Source: Abditibacteriaceae bacterium
GTDB lineage: Bacteria; Armatimonadota; Abditibacteriia; Abditibacteriales; Abditibacteriaceae
Assembly (NCBI GenBank): GCA_965277285.1
Contig: OZ255721.1
Location: forward strand, 1,184,001 to 1,248,000
Direction of reading: 5' to 3'
Length of the DNA stretch: 64,000 bases
Below, piece after piece: positions 29,389-39,291 of the stretch (positions within the stretch are counted from its first letter, which is position 1; each line of letters opens with the position of its first letter). The translations under genes were made by a program, and so were the position numbers. The notes under the pieces were generated by a model. It did not search any database. It saw nothing but the letters and a program-made list of their open reading frames with translations, and was not told the DNA's origin.

Positions 29389-30426
29389 ATGGAAATCGGA
29401 ATCGACAGTTTTGCAGCAATAACAGCGAACGAGGAAGGCCATTTCAACAGTGCGCTCGCTGCGATGCGTCAATTACTCGAACGCATCGAGCGCGCCGATC
29501 AAGTCGGCTTGGACGTGTTCGGCATAGGCGAGCATCATCGCAGCGAGTTTCTTGATTCATCGCCCGCCGTGATTTTGGCCGCAGCAGCGGCGCGAACCAG
29601 CCGCATTCGTCTGACCAGTTCTGTCGCGGTGCTCAGCGCCGCCGATCCGGTGCGCGTCTTCCAATCGTTCGCCACGCTCGATTTGATCTCGCAAGGCCGC
29701 GCCGAAATCGTCGTCGGGCGCGGTTCGTTTTCCGAAGCGTTCCCCTTGTTCGGTTTGGATTTCCGCGATTACGATACGCTTTTCACCGAGAAGCTCGATT
29801 TGCTGCTCAATATCCGCGACAACGAACACGTTCATTGGAAAGGCCAACATCGCACGGCTTTGACCGGACAAGGCATTTATCCGCGCCCAATGCAAGAAAA
29901 GTTGCCGATTTGGATTGGCGTGGGCGGCACACCAGCTTCGTTTGTGCGCGCCGGAACGCTCGGACTGCCGCTGATGGTCGCCGTCATCGGTGGCGAAACG
30001 CATCGCTTTCGTCCGCTCGTCGATCTTTACCGCGAAGCCGGACGACGCGCTGGACACGCGCCGGAAAAGCTTCAAGTCGGGATGCACTCGCTGGGTTACG
30101 TGGCGCCAACAACGCAAGAGGCCGCCGATGATTTCTTTCCTGGCTATGCTCGCGTTTTTACCCGCATCGGCAAAGAACGCGGCTGGCCGCCGGTAACGCG
30201 CGCCCATTTCGAGGCACAAATCAGTGAAACCGGCGCGCTGATGGTTGGAAGTCCCGAAGAAGTGGCGCAGAAGATCGCGCGTCACAGCGAAGCGTTGGGC
30301 GGATTGTCGCGCGTTACCATCAAGATGGACGACGCCGAAATGTCGCCCGCGAAGCTTATGCAAGCCATTGAATTGATGGGTGCTGATGTCGCGCCCGCAT
30401 TACGCGCCCAGCAACCGCTAACGTGA
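29389..30426 (+). CDS. LLM-class (luciferase-like) flavin-dependent oxidoreductase
   Basis: GIGEHHR, SSPAVILAAAAART.RIRL, LSAADPVRV, GRGSF.E.FPLFG. Confidence 0.93.
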   Translation: MEIGIDSFAAITANEEGHFNSALAAMRQLLERIERADQVGLDVFGIGEHHRSEFLDSSPAVILAAAAARTSRIRLTSSVAVLSAADPVRVFQSFATLDLISQGRAEIVVGRGSFSEAFPLFGLDFRDYDTLFTEKLDLLLNIRDNEHVHWKGQHRTALTGQGIYPRPMQEKLPIWIGVGGTPASFVRAGTLGLPLMVAVIGGETHRFRPLVDLYREAGRRAGHAPEKLQVGMHSLGYVAPTTQEAADDFFPGYARVFTRIGKERGWPPVTRAHFEAQISETGALMVGSPEEVAQKIARHSEALGGLSRVTIKMDDAEMSPAKLMQAIELMGADVAPALRAQQPLT

Positions 30427-30589
30427 AAGAAGCTGAGCGAATCGAGTACTCGATTTGCCTGCCGCACCTGGTGGAAACTTTGTGCTACCGTTTTCAAAGT
30501 CGTTTGGGAACAACATCCAACGGCAATGAACTGAGACGGATTACGACGTTTTGAAGTTGTGACGCAGGGCGCTTCAAAGTCCTATGACT

Positions 30590-31318
30590 TCAAAGTCCTA
30601 TGAAATGCTTCAAAGTATCGGCGTTGCGCACGGCATGACCTTCGCCATCGTTGTTGAAGTAAGCCCATACTTCTTTTCCATCTCGCTGCCATTCTCGAAC
30701 GCGCTCAGCCCACCAGCGCAAGTCGTCATCCGAATAGGAACCGGCGTAAAGATGGTGCTCGTTTGGCCCATGCAGGCGCAAGTAAACAAACGACGCGGTA
30801 GCGCGCAGAACGCACGGCAGGTTGGCGCCGCTCATGATGCAATAGGCCACGTTGTGCGCTTCGAGCAGGTCAAATACTTGCTCGCAGTTCCAAGTGGGAT
30901 GGCGGAACTCGATGGAAGTTTTCAATCCTGCTGGAATTTGTTTCAGGAAGTAAGCGAGCCTGGCATCGTCGCGCGCCAGGCCGGGCGGCAATTGCACCAG
31001 CCACACACCGAGTTTGTCGCCCAAGCGTTCCATGCTGTGCGCCATGCGCGTTGTCCATTGCTCCGGTTCAAGCAAGCGTTTGCTATGCGACAAAGCGCGC
31101 GAAGCTTTGATCGTCATGCGAAAGCCTGCGGGCAATTGCTCGCGCCAGCTATCGAAAGTTTCCTCGCGCGGCCAACGGTAAAAGGTGTTGTTCACTTCGA
31201 CGGTGTTGTAGCGAGCCACATAACACGCCAATCTTTCGCGGCTGGCGGCTCGCTGCGGATAAAGAACGCCTTGCCAGTGATTGTAGCTCCAGCCCGAAGT
31301 GCCAATGTAGATCGCCAT
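30590..31318 (-). CDS. DUF72 domain protein
   Basis: IGTSGWSY..W, VEVNNTFY, LVQLPP, EFRH, Y.RLHG, YFNND. Confidence 0.93.
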   Translation of the reverse strand: MAIYIGTSGWSYNHWQGVLYPQRAASRERLACYVARYNTVEVNNTFYRWPREETFDSWREQLPAGFRMTIKASRALSHSKRLLEPEQWTTRMAHSMERLGDKLGVWLVQLPPGLARDDARLAYFLKQIPAGLKTSIEFRHPTWNCEQVFDLLEAHNVAYCIMSGANLPCVLRATASFVYLRLHGPNEHHLYAGSYSDDDLRWWAERVREWQRDGKEVWAYFNNDGEGHAVRNADTLKHFIGL

Positions 31319-31575
31319 AACAATCCAATCCGCAATTTTGAGACCGGCACTTTTGAAATTATTCTCTTACCAAACGTGCTCAGCGGCGAACGCAGCGAAT
31401 GCGGCGCGGACACCGGCTGATTCAACCCGATGAGGCATTTCACGGTCATCGAAAAGAATGCACGCCGCGTCAAACGTGGATAAAATGCACAATCGAGTAC
31501 TCGATTGTGCATCAGCGCCGCGAATTTGCCTTTGCACGAAAGCTGTAAATGGACATTTTGAAGGAGAAAGAATTG

Positions 31576-32022
31576 ATGAACACACCGATTCCCGACATCA
31601 CCAAAACGTTGCTCGCCGCCAAAAAAGCCAAAGGTTTGACTTTTGCCGACCTCGAACCGATTCTCAAGTGCGACGAAGTGTGGATCGCCGCGCTGTTTTA
31701 CCGTCAGGCAACCGCCTCGCTCGAACAAGCCCAGGCGCTACTCGAAACGCTGGGTTTGGAGATGTCGCTGGCTGAGGAAATAACGACTTTTCCGATCAAA
31801 GGTCTGGGGCCGATAGTGCCAACCGACCCGTTAATCTATCGCTTTTACGAGATCATGCAGGTTTATGGAATGCCGCTCAAAGACGTGATTCAGGAAAAGT
31901 TCGGCGACGGCATTATGAGCGCTATCGACTTCACCATGCACATCGACAAACAGGAAGACCCCAAAGGCGACCGCGTGGTTTTAACGATGAACGGAAAGTT
32001 TTTGGCCTACAAAACATGGTGA
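31576..32022 (+). CDS. cynS: Cyanate hydratase (cyanase)
   Basis: [16 protein letters not shown]...[15 protein letters not shown]...GKFL.Y; AAGGAG RBS. Confidence 0.96.
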   Translation: MNTPIPDITKTLLAAKKAKGLTFADLEPILKCDEVWIAALFYRQATASLEQAQALLETLGLEMSLAEEITTFPIKGLGPIVPTDPLIYRFYEIMQVYGMPLKDVIQEKFGDGIMSAIDFTMHIDKQEDPKGDRVVLTMNGKFLAYKTW

Positions 32023-32232
32023 ACGCGCGGATATTTCCATCCACACGCCGCCATTTAACATGGTGCGCGTGTCAAATTTCATAGAAATCAACACGCGACT
32101 TCGTGCTCGCTCGCTGACTATCGCTCTTTATTGATTCTTTCGCAACCACGTTGTGGGCTTCGACGACTTCTCAAGAGTTCCAAGTTTTCACGTTTCTCTT
32201 CTGGCAGAAGCTTAACCCAGCGAACTCGTTGA

Positions 32233-32321
32233 TAACGAACCCGAAGCGTCAGCGATGGACTTAATCTGAAGGCATAAAAATCTATCACTTAAGCCCATCG
32301 CTGACGCTTCGGGTTCGTTAT
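32233..32321. repeat. REP-like hairpin family B (AACGAACCCGAAGCGTCAGCGA...TCGCTGACGCTTCGGGTTCGTT)
   Basis: About 30-bp arms; related copies at 41239, 50037, 59070, 14938. Confidence 0.85.
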
Positions 32322-32346
32322 TTGCGTCACTTTCCATCTTTTATCT

Positions 32347-33150
32347 TTACGCGCCGCAAGCCGCTTCTAAAACTTCGACCGCGCGATTGTGGCGCATTTC
32401 GTAAACCGTTGTGCCGTCGCCTTCGTAATAGCGGCCGCGCGTCACAATTTCCATTTTGCCGTCGCCATTCAAGTCCCACACGCCCGCGATGGTGAAAACA
32501 TCGGGCGCGTTGAAATCCTTACTTTTGGTGAAGTATTCTTCGTCCAACATTTGTGTGATGACTTTGCCACCGATGACTTTGCGCAAAAACAATATCGAGT
32601 ACTCATTCGCCAGCGAACGTGAACTGACGCTGCCTGGCTGACCATCGTAACCTTTGTGATTGGTCGCGCTAATCAAAACTTCCTGGCTGCCATCACCTTC
32701 GAGATCGACGCGCAAAATCTGCGTGATTTGGACGTTCGGTTTGAGGCCGTGCTTTTTCAAAATTGCGGCGACGACGTCCCGATAAACCGGTGAATTATTG
32801 GAAAGCGTTTGTGGCAGGCGCGGCACAGCATTCCAGTTTTCACTGATGGCAATCGTGCCTTTCTTCGGAAGAATATCGACGAACAACGTGTCAGGACACG
32901 GCGCGCCTTGCGACGCAGGTTTGTCACCGATTGCAGTACTCGATAAGCGGTTCGCATCGTAAAGACGATACGTTTCTTTGCCTTTCATTTGCACGGCGGC
33001 GCTTTTCGCATCCAGCCATTGATGACCGACGCTACCGCCCAGCAAGTAACCGGATTCGACATCGACAATTGGATGAACTGGCGCCGCAAATCCCGTACTC
33101 GAAAGCACGCCCATCAACGACAAAATCAAAACCGTCTTTTTTGATGTCAT
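32347..33150 (-). CDS. Secreted hypothetical protein with DxxGDG repeats
   Basis: Signal peptide; VDLEGDGSQEVLI and DLNGDGKMEIV motifs. Confidence 0.7.
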   Translation of the reverse strand: MTSKKTVLILSLMGVLSSTGFAAPVHPIVDVESGYLLGGSVGHQWLDAKSAAVQMKGKETYRLYDANRLSSTAIGDKPASQGAPCPDTLFVDILPKKGTIAISENWNAVPRLPQTLSNNSPVYRDVVAAILKKHGLKPNVQITQILRVDLEGDGSQEVLISATNHKGYDGQPGSVSSRSLANEYSILFLRKVIGGKVITQMLDEEYFTKSKDFNAPDVFTIAGVWDLNGDGKMEIVTRGRYYEGDGTTVYEMRHNRAVEVLEAACGA

Positions 33151-33235
33151 CAAAGTTCTCCGTTTCAAGAATGAAACCACCAAGGCATCCGCCCAGAGGG
33201 CACCCGACACCAAGAGGCTTCAACCGCAGAAAAAG

Positions 33236-33307
33236 AGTTTGTCATTCTGAGCACAGCGAAGAATCTAACTGAACATAGATTCTTCGTTTCGCTCAGAATG
33301 ACAAACT
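33236..33307. repeat. REP-like hairpin family A, copy 3
   Basis: AGTTTGTCATTCTGAGC...GCTCAGAATGACAAACT. Confidence 0.88.
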
Positions 33308-33394
33308 TTCACTTTTAAGGCATGTCGCGGACTTTTAAAATTGATTCTCACAACGATTCAACAATCCCTTTTCTTTGTGTCTTTGTGGTTCAAA

Positions 33395-36055
33395 TCACGC
33401 CTTCAACTGCTCCTGCAAAATCTCTTTCGCCTGCGCCAAAGCCGCATCAATTTTCGCCGCGTCTTTGCCGCCGGCTTGCGCGAAATCGGATTTGCCGCCG
33501 CCGCCGCCGCCCGTTGTCGTCGCCAGAACGCGAATCAGGTTTCCGGCGTGCGCGCCTTTGCTCACCGCGTCTTTGCCAGCTTTGACTGCCCACAAAACGC
33601 GTCCTTCGGTTTCGCCTGCCAGCGCCAAAGCCCACGAAGCACCTTTCGCCGCCAATTTATCGCTCAATTTGTCGGTCACTTCGCGCAAAGTGTTGGCGTT
33701 CAAACCTTCGGGAGCGCGCGCGGCAATTAAAGTTACGCCGCCGATTTCCTGCGCTTGATTTAACAAATCATCGAGCGAACTTGTGGCGAGTTTGGCTTGT
33801 GCGGCTTGCAGTTGCTTTTCCAATTCGCGGACGCGAAGGCGCAACTTTTCTGCGGCGCCGACGACGTTATCGGGCTGCGTTCCCAGTGCGTGCGCGGCTT
33901 CGAGTACTCGATTGGCTTGTTCGCGGTCATAATCCAGCGCGGCTTTTCCGGTCAGGGCTTCGATGCGACGCAAGTTCGAGCCGACGCCGCTTTCGTTAAT
34001 CAAGCGAAACAAACCGGCACTTGAAGTGTTCGGCAAATGCGTGCCGCCGCACAATTCCATCGAATAATCGCCCATGCGAACGGTGCGCACAACGTCGCCA
34101 TATTTTTCGCCGAACAACGCCATCGCACCTTCCGCGCGCGCTTCGGCAATTGGCATCTCGCGGATTTCGACTGGCAACGAAAGCAAAATCTCGCGGTTCA
34201 CATCGTCTTCGATTTGCCGCAGTTCGTCCGGCGAAATCGCGGAAAAATGCACGAAATCGAAACGCAATTTGTCTGGCGAAACCAGGCTTCCGCGCTGCTC
34301 GACGTGATTTCCCAAGCGATTGCGCAACGCCGCGTGCAGCAAGTGCGTGCTCGAATGCGCGCGCTCAATCGCACGACGCCGTTCGGCATCGACCTTTGCG
34401 GTGACAGTAGAACCTACCAGACCAAGCTGGAGTTTTATTTCGCCATCTACTACCTCTAACGCATGAATAAAGGTCTTTCCTTCCTTTTGTGTGTCAATGA
34501 CTTTTGCGACAAAGCCTTCGCCGTATATTTCACCTGTATCTCCAACCTGGCCGCCGCTCTCGGCATAAAAGGGACTTTCGATCAACGCTAACGCAAACCG
34601 GAACTTTCCATCCTCTGTAGGTAAGCGTTCTAACAAGCCTTGAATTTTGGCTTTGCATTCGAGTTGCTCATAACCGACAAAGCGTGTTTCAAAATCGCCG
34701 AAAGTACGCTTATCATATTCAAATATCTTGACGCGACTTTTGTCAGCGTGGCGTTCCTGCGCCGCATGATAACCGGCTTCGTCGATTTCCAAGCCGTTGT
34801 CCTGCGCCATTTCCTGCGTCAGCTCGCGCGGAAAACCATACGTTTCATAAAGGCGAAACACTTCTTCTCCATCGAGAACACTCTTGCCTTTTTTCTTCGC
34901 ATCGTCCAGCAAATCGTCCAAGCGATTCATGCCCGAACCAATCGTTTCGCCAAAGGCTTCTTCTTCGCGCTGTATCAAACCAGCAATCCGTTCGGCGCGT
35001 TCACGGACTTCGGGATAAACGTCGCCAAAGCCTTGCGAAACGGTTGGAACAAGACGATGCAAAAAAGGTTCGCGCAAATCGAGTTGGCGGCCCGTGAGAA
35101 AAGCGCGGCGGATGAAGCGGCGCATCATGTAATCGCGGCCATTGTTGCCCGGCACAATGCCGTCGCCCGCCAGAAAAATCGCGGCGCGAACGTGGTCGGC
35201 GATGATTTTCAACGGTTTCGTCGTCGGGTCTTGCGTGTCGAGCGGCAACGGGCTTGTCGAGTACTCGATTTGTCGACCGCGGCTCAAATCGTTAATCGCG
35301 TTGATGAGCGGCGCGAACAAATCGGTGTGATGAATTGTGTCGACGCCTTGCAGGACGGCGGCGGTGCGTTCCAAACCCATTCCGGTGTCGATGCCAGGCG
35401 CCGGAAGCAAGGGCAAAGAGCCGTCTTCCTGCTGATTGTATTGCTGAAAAACCAGGTTCCACAGTTCGCCGTAACGGTCGCCATCGCCGCCGGGACGATC
35501 CATTTCCGGGTCGCCGGTATCGTATTTGGCGCCACGGTCGAGGAAGATTTCCGAATCGGGACCGCACGGGCCACTTTTGCCGACCGGCCCCCACCAATTG
35601 TCTTTTTTGCCAAATCGTAAAATGCGCTCGTCGCTCAAGCCAACGTCATTTTTCCAAATGCGCGGCGCTTCTTCGTCTTCAAAATAAACGCTGACGTAAA
35701 GCAATTTGGGGTCGATGTTGAGCGTTTTGGTGAGAAATTCCCAGCCCCAAATAATCGCTTCGCGCTTGAAATAATCGCCGAAGGAAAAATTGCCCAGCAT
35801 TTCAAAAAACGAAGCGTGGCGCCATGTCACGCCGACTTGTTCGATGTCGTCGGCGCGGCAGCATTTCTGGCAGGACGCCAAACGTGTCGCAGGCGGCGTT
35901 TCTTCGCCCTTGAAATACGGCACGAGGGGCTGCATTCCGGCACTTGTCAGAAGCGTCGTTGGATCAGTCGGCACCAGGCTGGAACTGGGAACGATCAGCG
36001 AGTTTTTGGATTTGAAAAAGTCGAGGTAAGATTGGCGAAGTTCGTGTCCGGTCAT
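33395..36055 (-). CDS. alaS: Alanine--tRNA ligase
   Basis: AGMQP, FFEMLGNFSFGDYFK, GPCGPDSEI, IDTGMGLER, HxxxH and ELCGGTH editing site, GGGGG DHHA1. Confidence 0.99.
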   Translation of the reverse strand: MTGHELRQSYLDFFKSKNSLIVPSSSLVPTDPTTLLTSAGMQPLVPYFKGEETPPATRLASCQKCCRADDIEQVGVTWRHASFFEMLGNFSFGDYFKREAIIWGWEFLTKTLNIDPKLLYVSVYFEDEEAPRIWKNDVGLSDERILRFGKKDNWWGPVGKSGPCGPDSEIFLDRGAKYDTGDPEMDRPGGDGDRYGELWNLVFQQYNQQEDGSLPLLPAPGIDTGMGLERTAAVLQGVDTIHHTDLFAPLINAINDLSRGRQIEYSTSPLPLDTQDPTTKPLKIIADHVRAAIFLAGDGIVPGNNGRDYMMRRFIRRAFLTGRQLDLREPFLHRLVPTVSQGFGDVYPEVRERAERIAGLIQREEEAFGETIGSGMNRLDDLLDDAKKKGKSVLDGEEVFRLYETYGFPRELTQEMAQDNGLEIDEAGYHAAQERHADKSRVKIFEYDKRTFGDFETRFVGYEQLECKAKIQGLLERLPTEDGKFRFALALIESPFYAESGGQVGDTGEIYGEGFVAKVIDTQKEGKTFIHALEVVDGEIKLQLGLVGSTVTAKVDAERRRAIERAHSSTHLLHAALRNRLGNHVEQRGSLVSPDKLRFDFVHFSAISPDELRQIEDDVNREILLSLPVEIREMPIAEARAEGAMALFGEKYGDVVRTVRMGDYSMELCGGTHLPNTSSAGLFRLINESGVGSNLRRIEALTGKAALDYDREQANRVLEAAHALGTQPDNVVGAAEKLRLRVRELEKQLQAAQAKLATSSLDDLLNQAQEIGGVTLIAARAPEGLNANTLREVTDKLSDKLAAKGASWALALAGETEGRVLWAVKAGKDAVSKGAHAGNLIRVLATTTGGGGGGKSDFAQAGGKDAAKIDAALAQAKEILQEQLKA

Positions 36056-36164
36056 AGAATTTTGGAGTTCTTAATTTTGAATTCTGAGTTTTGAGTTAAG
36101 ACGTGGCAGTTTAACGAGTTCTCAGGCGCACTTCGAGTACTCGATATGGCTGCACACGATTGTT

Positions 36165-37070
36165 TTACGGCTTGAAGAATGGTGGAGACAAAACTTTGAG
36201 CGGAACGAAGTTTTCTTTTACGTACTGTCTGACACGCAAGCGGTTGCCTTTTTGCCATTTGTATTCGAGGTCGTTCTTGTTATACAAACGACGCACGATT
36301 TTGCCTTGGCGCGCATCGGCGATCCAAAGATATTGATGACCGCCGCCACCCGACAAACCCGCGACGTAATGGCCGTTTTGGCTCCATTCGTTTGAGTAAC
36401 CGTAATCCATTCCGATACCGTCTAACATCGTGTTTCCGCGCAACAGATAGCTCGCACCGGCGTCGCCTTCGGCGCCATCGTAAAACATCACGGCGCGTGG
36501 CATTTGCATATCGATCTTTTTGCCGCCGTTGGTCAGTTGCAATTCGGAAAGGCACAAATCGTTGTCGCCGCTGCCGTTTTTCAATCCGACGAACTCGATC
36601 ATCAAACTGTTAATTTTGTGGCGCGGCAGCGAAACGTTGTGAAATCCCATTCTGTCAGGCAACGAAAATGTGCGGACAATTTTGGCTTTGCCAGTTTCCA
36701 TCGTGACGCGGATTTGTGTGACGCGCTTGTTGCGCAGAAACCGCACGCGACTGGCATTTTGTCCGTTCATCAAGCGCAAGCCGTCGATAATGATTGGCTT
36801 GGTCGGTTTCAATTGAATGCCATAACGATTGTGAAACGGTTCAGAAAACTCTTTCGATTGCGCGCTGTAAACCCAAGCGGTTTGCGGGTCGTTGTCGAAC
36901 AAGAACGAGAGAGGAAAAGAAGGCGTGTAACTGTTCTTCGAGTACTCGATGCCGCCGGAAAGTTCTTCGCTGGATGAAATTGTCCAGGCCGGCCACCAAA
37001 CGCTGGACGGCGCCGCCAAAGCCGCCGAAGAAACCGCGATCAAGAACACAAACAAAGCGAGTGCGCGCAT
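36165..37070 (-). CDS. Secreted protein with a discoidin/galactose-binding-like domain
   Basis: Signal peptide; LFDNDPQTAW...I.GLRLMNG...DLCLSEL. Confidence 0.65.
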   Translation of the reverse strand: MRALALFVFLIAVSSAALAAPSSVWWPAWTISSSEELSGGIEYSKNSYTPSFPLSFLFDNDPQTAWVYSAQSKEFSEPFHNRYGIQLKPTKPIIIDGLRLMNGQNASRVRFLRNKRVTQIRVTMETGKAKIVRTFSLPDRMGFHNVSLPRHKINSLMIEFVGLKNGSGDNDLCLSELQLTNGGKKIDMQMPRAVMFYDGAEGDAGASYLLRGNTMLDGIGMDYGYSNEWSQNGHYVAGLSGGGGHQYLWIADARQGKIVRRLYNKNDLEYKWQKGNRLRVRQYVKENFVPLKVLSPPFFKP

Positions 37071-37089
37071 CTTTTTTCTCTGTAACGGT

Positions 37090-38274
37090 TTATCGCTGTT
37101 TAGCGATGGCTTCTTCGGCTTGTTGCATAACGCGTTGTGTCACGTTGCCAACGGTTTGGTCTTGCGCTTTCATATCGCTTTCGGGCGGCGTTGCGGGAAT
37201 GGGTGCCGTCAACTGCGGAAAGATGTAAATCAAAATAACGCGCAGGCTGGCAAACAACGGGACCGCCAGCACCATGCCGGGAATACCGCCGACTTCAAAG
37301 CCCGAAAGCAAGGCGAAAATCACCATCAAAGGATGCAAACCGACGCCTTTGCCCAGCACGCGCGGCGACACGCCGTAGTCCATAATCAGGTTGAAGAGCA
37401 CACAGGAACCCAGCGCAAGTCCGGCGCATAAAATCTGGTTGGGCGAATGCGCCGTGAAGTAAGCCGTGATGGTGGCGGCGGCGGCAATCGACATCATCCC
37501 GACATAAGGAATGATGTAGACCAGGCAAGCCATCAAGCCCAAAATTAACGGATAACCCATGCCGTAGCGCCACGACAATATCTCGAAGGCAACCGTGCAA
37601 CAAACGCCAAAGGTCGTGCAGACAATCATTTGTCCGCGTACATAACGTCCCAGAACTTCGTTGATTTTCTGGCCGATTTCCGTCACGTCGCGGCGATAAG
37701 CGGGCGGTACCAGCATCATAACGCGTGCGCGCATCGGGTTCATTTCCATCATCATCGTGAACGTGATAACGGGCAGCAAAATCGACAACACCAGCAGCGT
37801 ACCGACCGAGCCAAGAGCCGTCGCGGCGAAGTTTTTCACGGCATCGGGCGCCGCGCCCAGCACGTTTTTCTGCAACTGCGGCATGAAGTCAATGACTGAT
37901 TTTTTCACATTCGACGGCATCGGCAAGGCTTCAAAACGCCCTTGCAAACGTTGCGCGGTTTGAATCGCCTGCTTTTGATAAAGGCTCGCGTTGCTGACCA
38001 GCATTTGAACTTGCTGCCACGCCGTCGCCAACAACGCAATCAGGATAACCAGAAGCAAGACAAAGACGAGAAAAATAAAGCCGACCGCGCGCCCCCGCGA
38101 ATAACCGCGTTTTTCCAAGCGTTGCAAGATCGGCTCGAAAGCATACGCCAGCAGGCCGCCGACAATGAAAATCGGCAGCGTGTTGCGCACCGCAAACAGC
38201 AAATAGGCGCCGATGAGGAACATCAATCCGTATCCGACGTAGCGCAACAATGTGGCATCAAGCGATTTATTCAT
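37090..38274 (-). CDS. AI-2E family transporter
   Basis: LAYAFEP, RYVRGQ, IPYVG, P..LG..VGLHP, GGIPGM.LAVP. Confidence 0.93.
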   Translation of the reverse strand: MNKSLDATLLRYVGYGLMFLIGAYLLFAVRNTLPIFIVGGLLAYAFEPILQRLEKRGYSRGRAVGFIFLVFVLLLVILIALLATAWQQVQMLVSNASLYQKQAIQTAQRLQGRFEALPMPSNVKKSVIDFMPQLQKNVLGAAPDAVKNFAATALGSVGTLLVLSILLPVITFTMMMEMNPMRARVMMLVPPAYRRDVTEIGQKINEVLGRYVRGQMIVCTTFGVCCTVAFEILSWRYGMGYPLILGLMACLVYIIPYVGMMSIAAAATITAYFTAHSPNQILCAGLALGSCVLFNLIMDYGVSPRVLGKGVGLHPLMVIFALLSGFEVGGIPGMVLAVPLFASLRVILIYIFPQLTAPIPATPPESDMKAQDQTVGNVTQRVMQQAEEAIAKQR

Positions 38275-38328
38275 GGTCTTGGTTTACGCCAAATACGTAG
38301 GATTAACGACTTTCGAGTTCGTTGGGTT

Positions 38329-39171
38329 TTAGTTCACAGCCGGATTCGTCGCACTTGTGTTTTCCTGCGTTGCCTGCAACAACGAATCACTTGTCCATTG
38401 TGGCAACATAGGCTTGACCGACGGATCGTTTTGCGCTTGCAAAGCAGGAATTTCGCCCAACTCCTTTTGCACCGCCGCGACGCGCTTGGCGCCTTCGGGA
38501 TGATCGGCGAACCAGCGGTCGAGTTGATTGGACGATTGGTCTTCTTTCGACAATTTGTCGAGCAGAGTTTCCATTCCGTGCGGATCGAAACCGGCGCGCA
38601 CCATGCGCTTGACGCCCAGATTATCGGCTTCGAGTTCTTCGCCGCGCGCATATTTCTGTCCGACTGCCAAATCCGCCAAGCCCAGAACTTGCTGCCCCAA
38701 GTCCGGCAAACCAACGGCCATCGAAAAAATGCCCAGAATCGCGCCGCGCGTCGCCGATTTTTTATATTGTTTCGCCAAGTGATGCTGCTCGGCGTGCGTG
38801 ATTTCGTGCGCCAACACAGCGGCCAGTTCGTCGTCAGTTTGCGCGACTTTCCTTAAACCTGTGTAAACGTAAACGTAGCCGCCGGGCAAGGCGAAGGCAT
38901 TGATTTCCGGGCTGTCAATAACGCGAAACGAATACTTCCACTCGGGATTGGAGACTTTGGCCAAACGCTGCCCGATAATGTTCACCCAATCGGCGACTGG
39001 CCCGTGAACGATGCGCACCTGCGATTCGATTTGCCGCGCCGCATCGGCGCCCAGTTTCGCTTCTTCCTTGGGGCTAATCGAAAACAAACCGGCGCGCGCC
39101 GGATGAACGCCCGCGCTGCAAACGACAAAACCCAGCACCAAAACTCGCCAACTTGTCGATTTCGTTTTCAT
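38329..39171 (-). CDS. M48-family zinc metallopeptidase
   Basis: INAFALPGG, LAAVLAHEITH, ELEAD, DHP...R. Confidence 0.93.
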   Translation of the reverse strand: MKTKSTSWRVLVLGFVVCSAGVHPARAGLFSISPKEEAKLGADAARQIESQVRIVHGPVADWVNIIGQRLAKVSNPEWKYSFRVIDSPEINAFALPGGYVYVYTGLRKVAQTDDELAAVLAHEITHAEQHHLAKQYKKSATRGAILGIFSMAVGLPDLGQQVLGLADLAVGQKYARGEELEADNLGVKRMVRAGFDPHGMETLLDKLSKEDQSSNQLDRWFADHPEGAKRVAAVQKELGEIPALQAQNDPSVKPMLPQWTSDSLLQATQENTSATNPAVN

Positions 39172-39219
39172 CGCATCTCACCTTTTTATTCCACATTCGC
39201 CTTCAGTAAGAATAACGCA

Positions 39220-39254
39220 AGCGCCGCGAAGAAAGGGCGTTCTTCGCGGCGCTT
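39220..39254. terminator. Hairpin AAGCGCCGCGAAGAA-N6-TTCTTCGCGGCGCTT
   Basis: 15-bp perfect arms downstream of the 39292-40401 gene, abutting a TCGAGTACTCGA copy. Confidence 0.55.
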
Positions 39255-39291
39255 CGAGTACTCGATATTGGCTTCGAGTTTAACTTGTTGC

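Noticed and set aside
32023..32232. Possible ncRNA or gene remnant after cynS
   Set aside because: No recognisable motif or convincing ORF by eye; an Rfam search would be needed.
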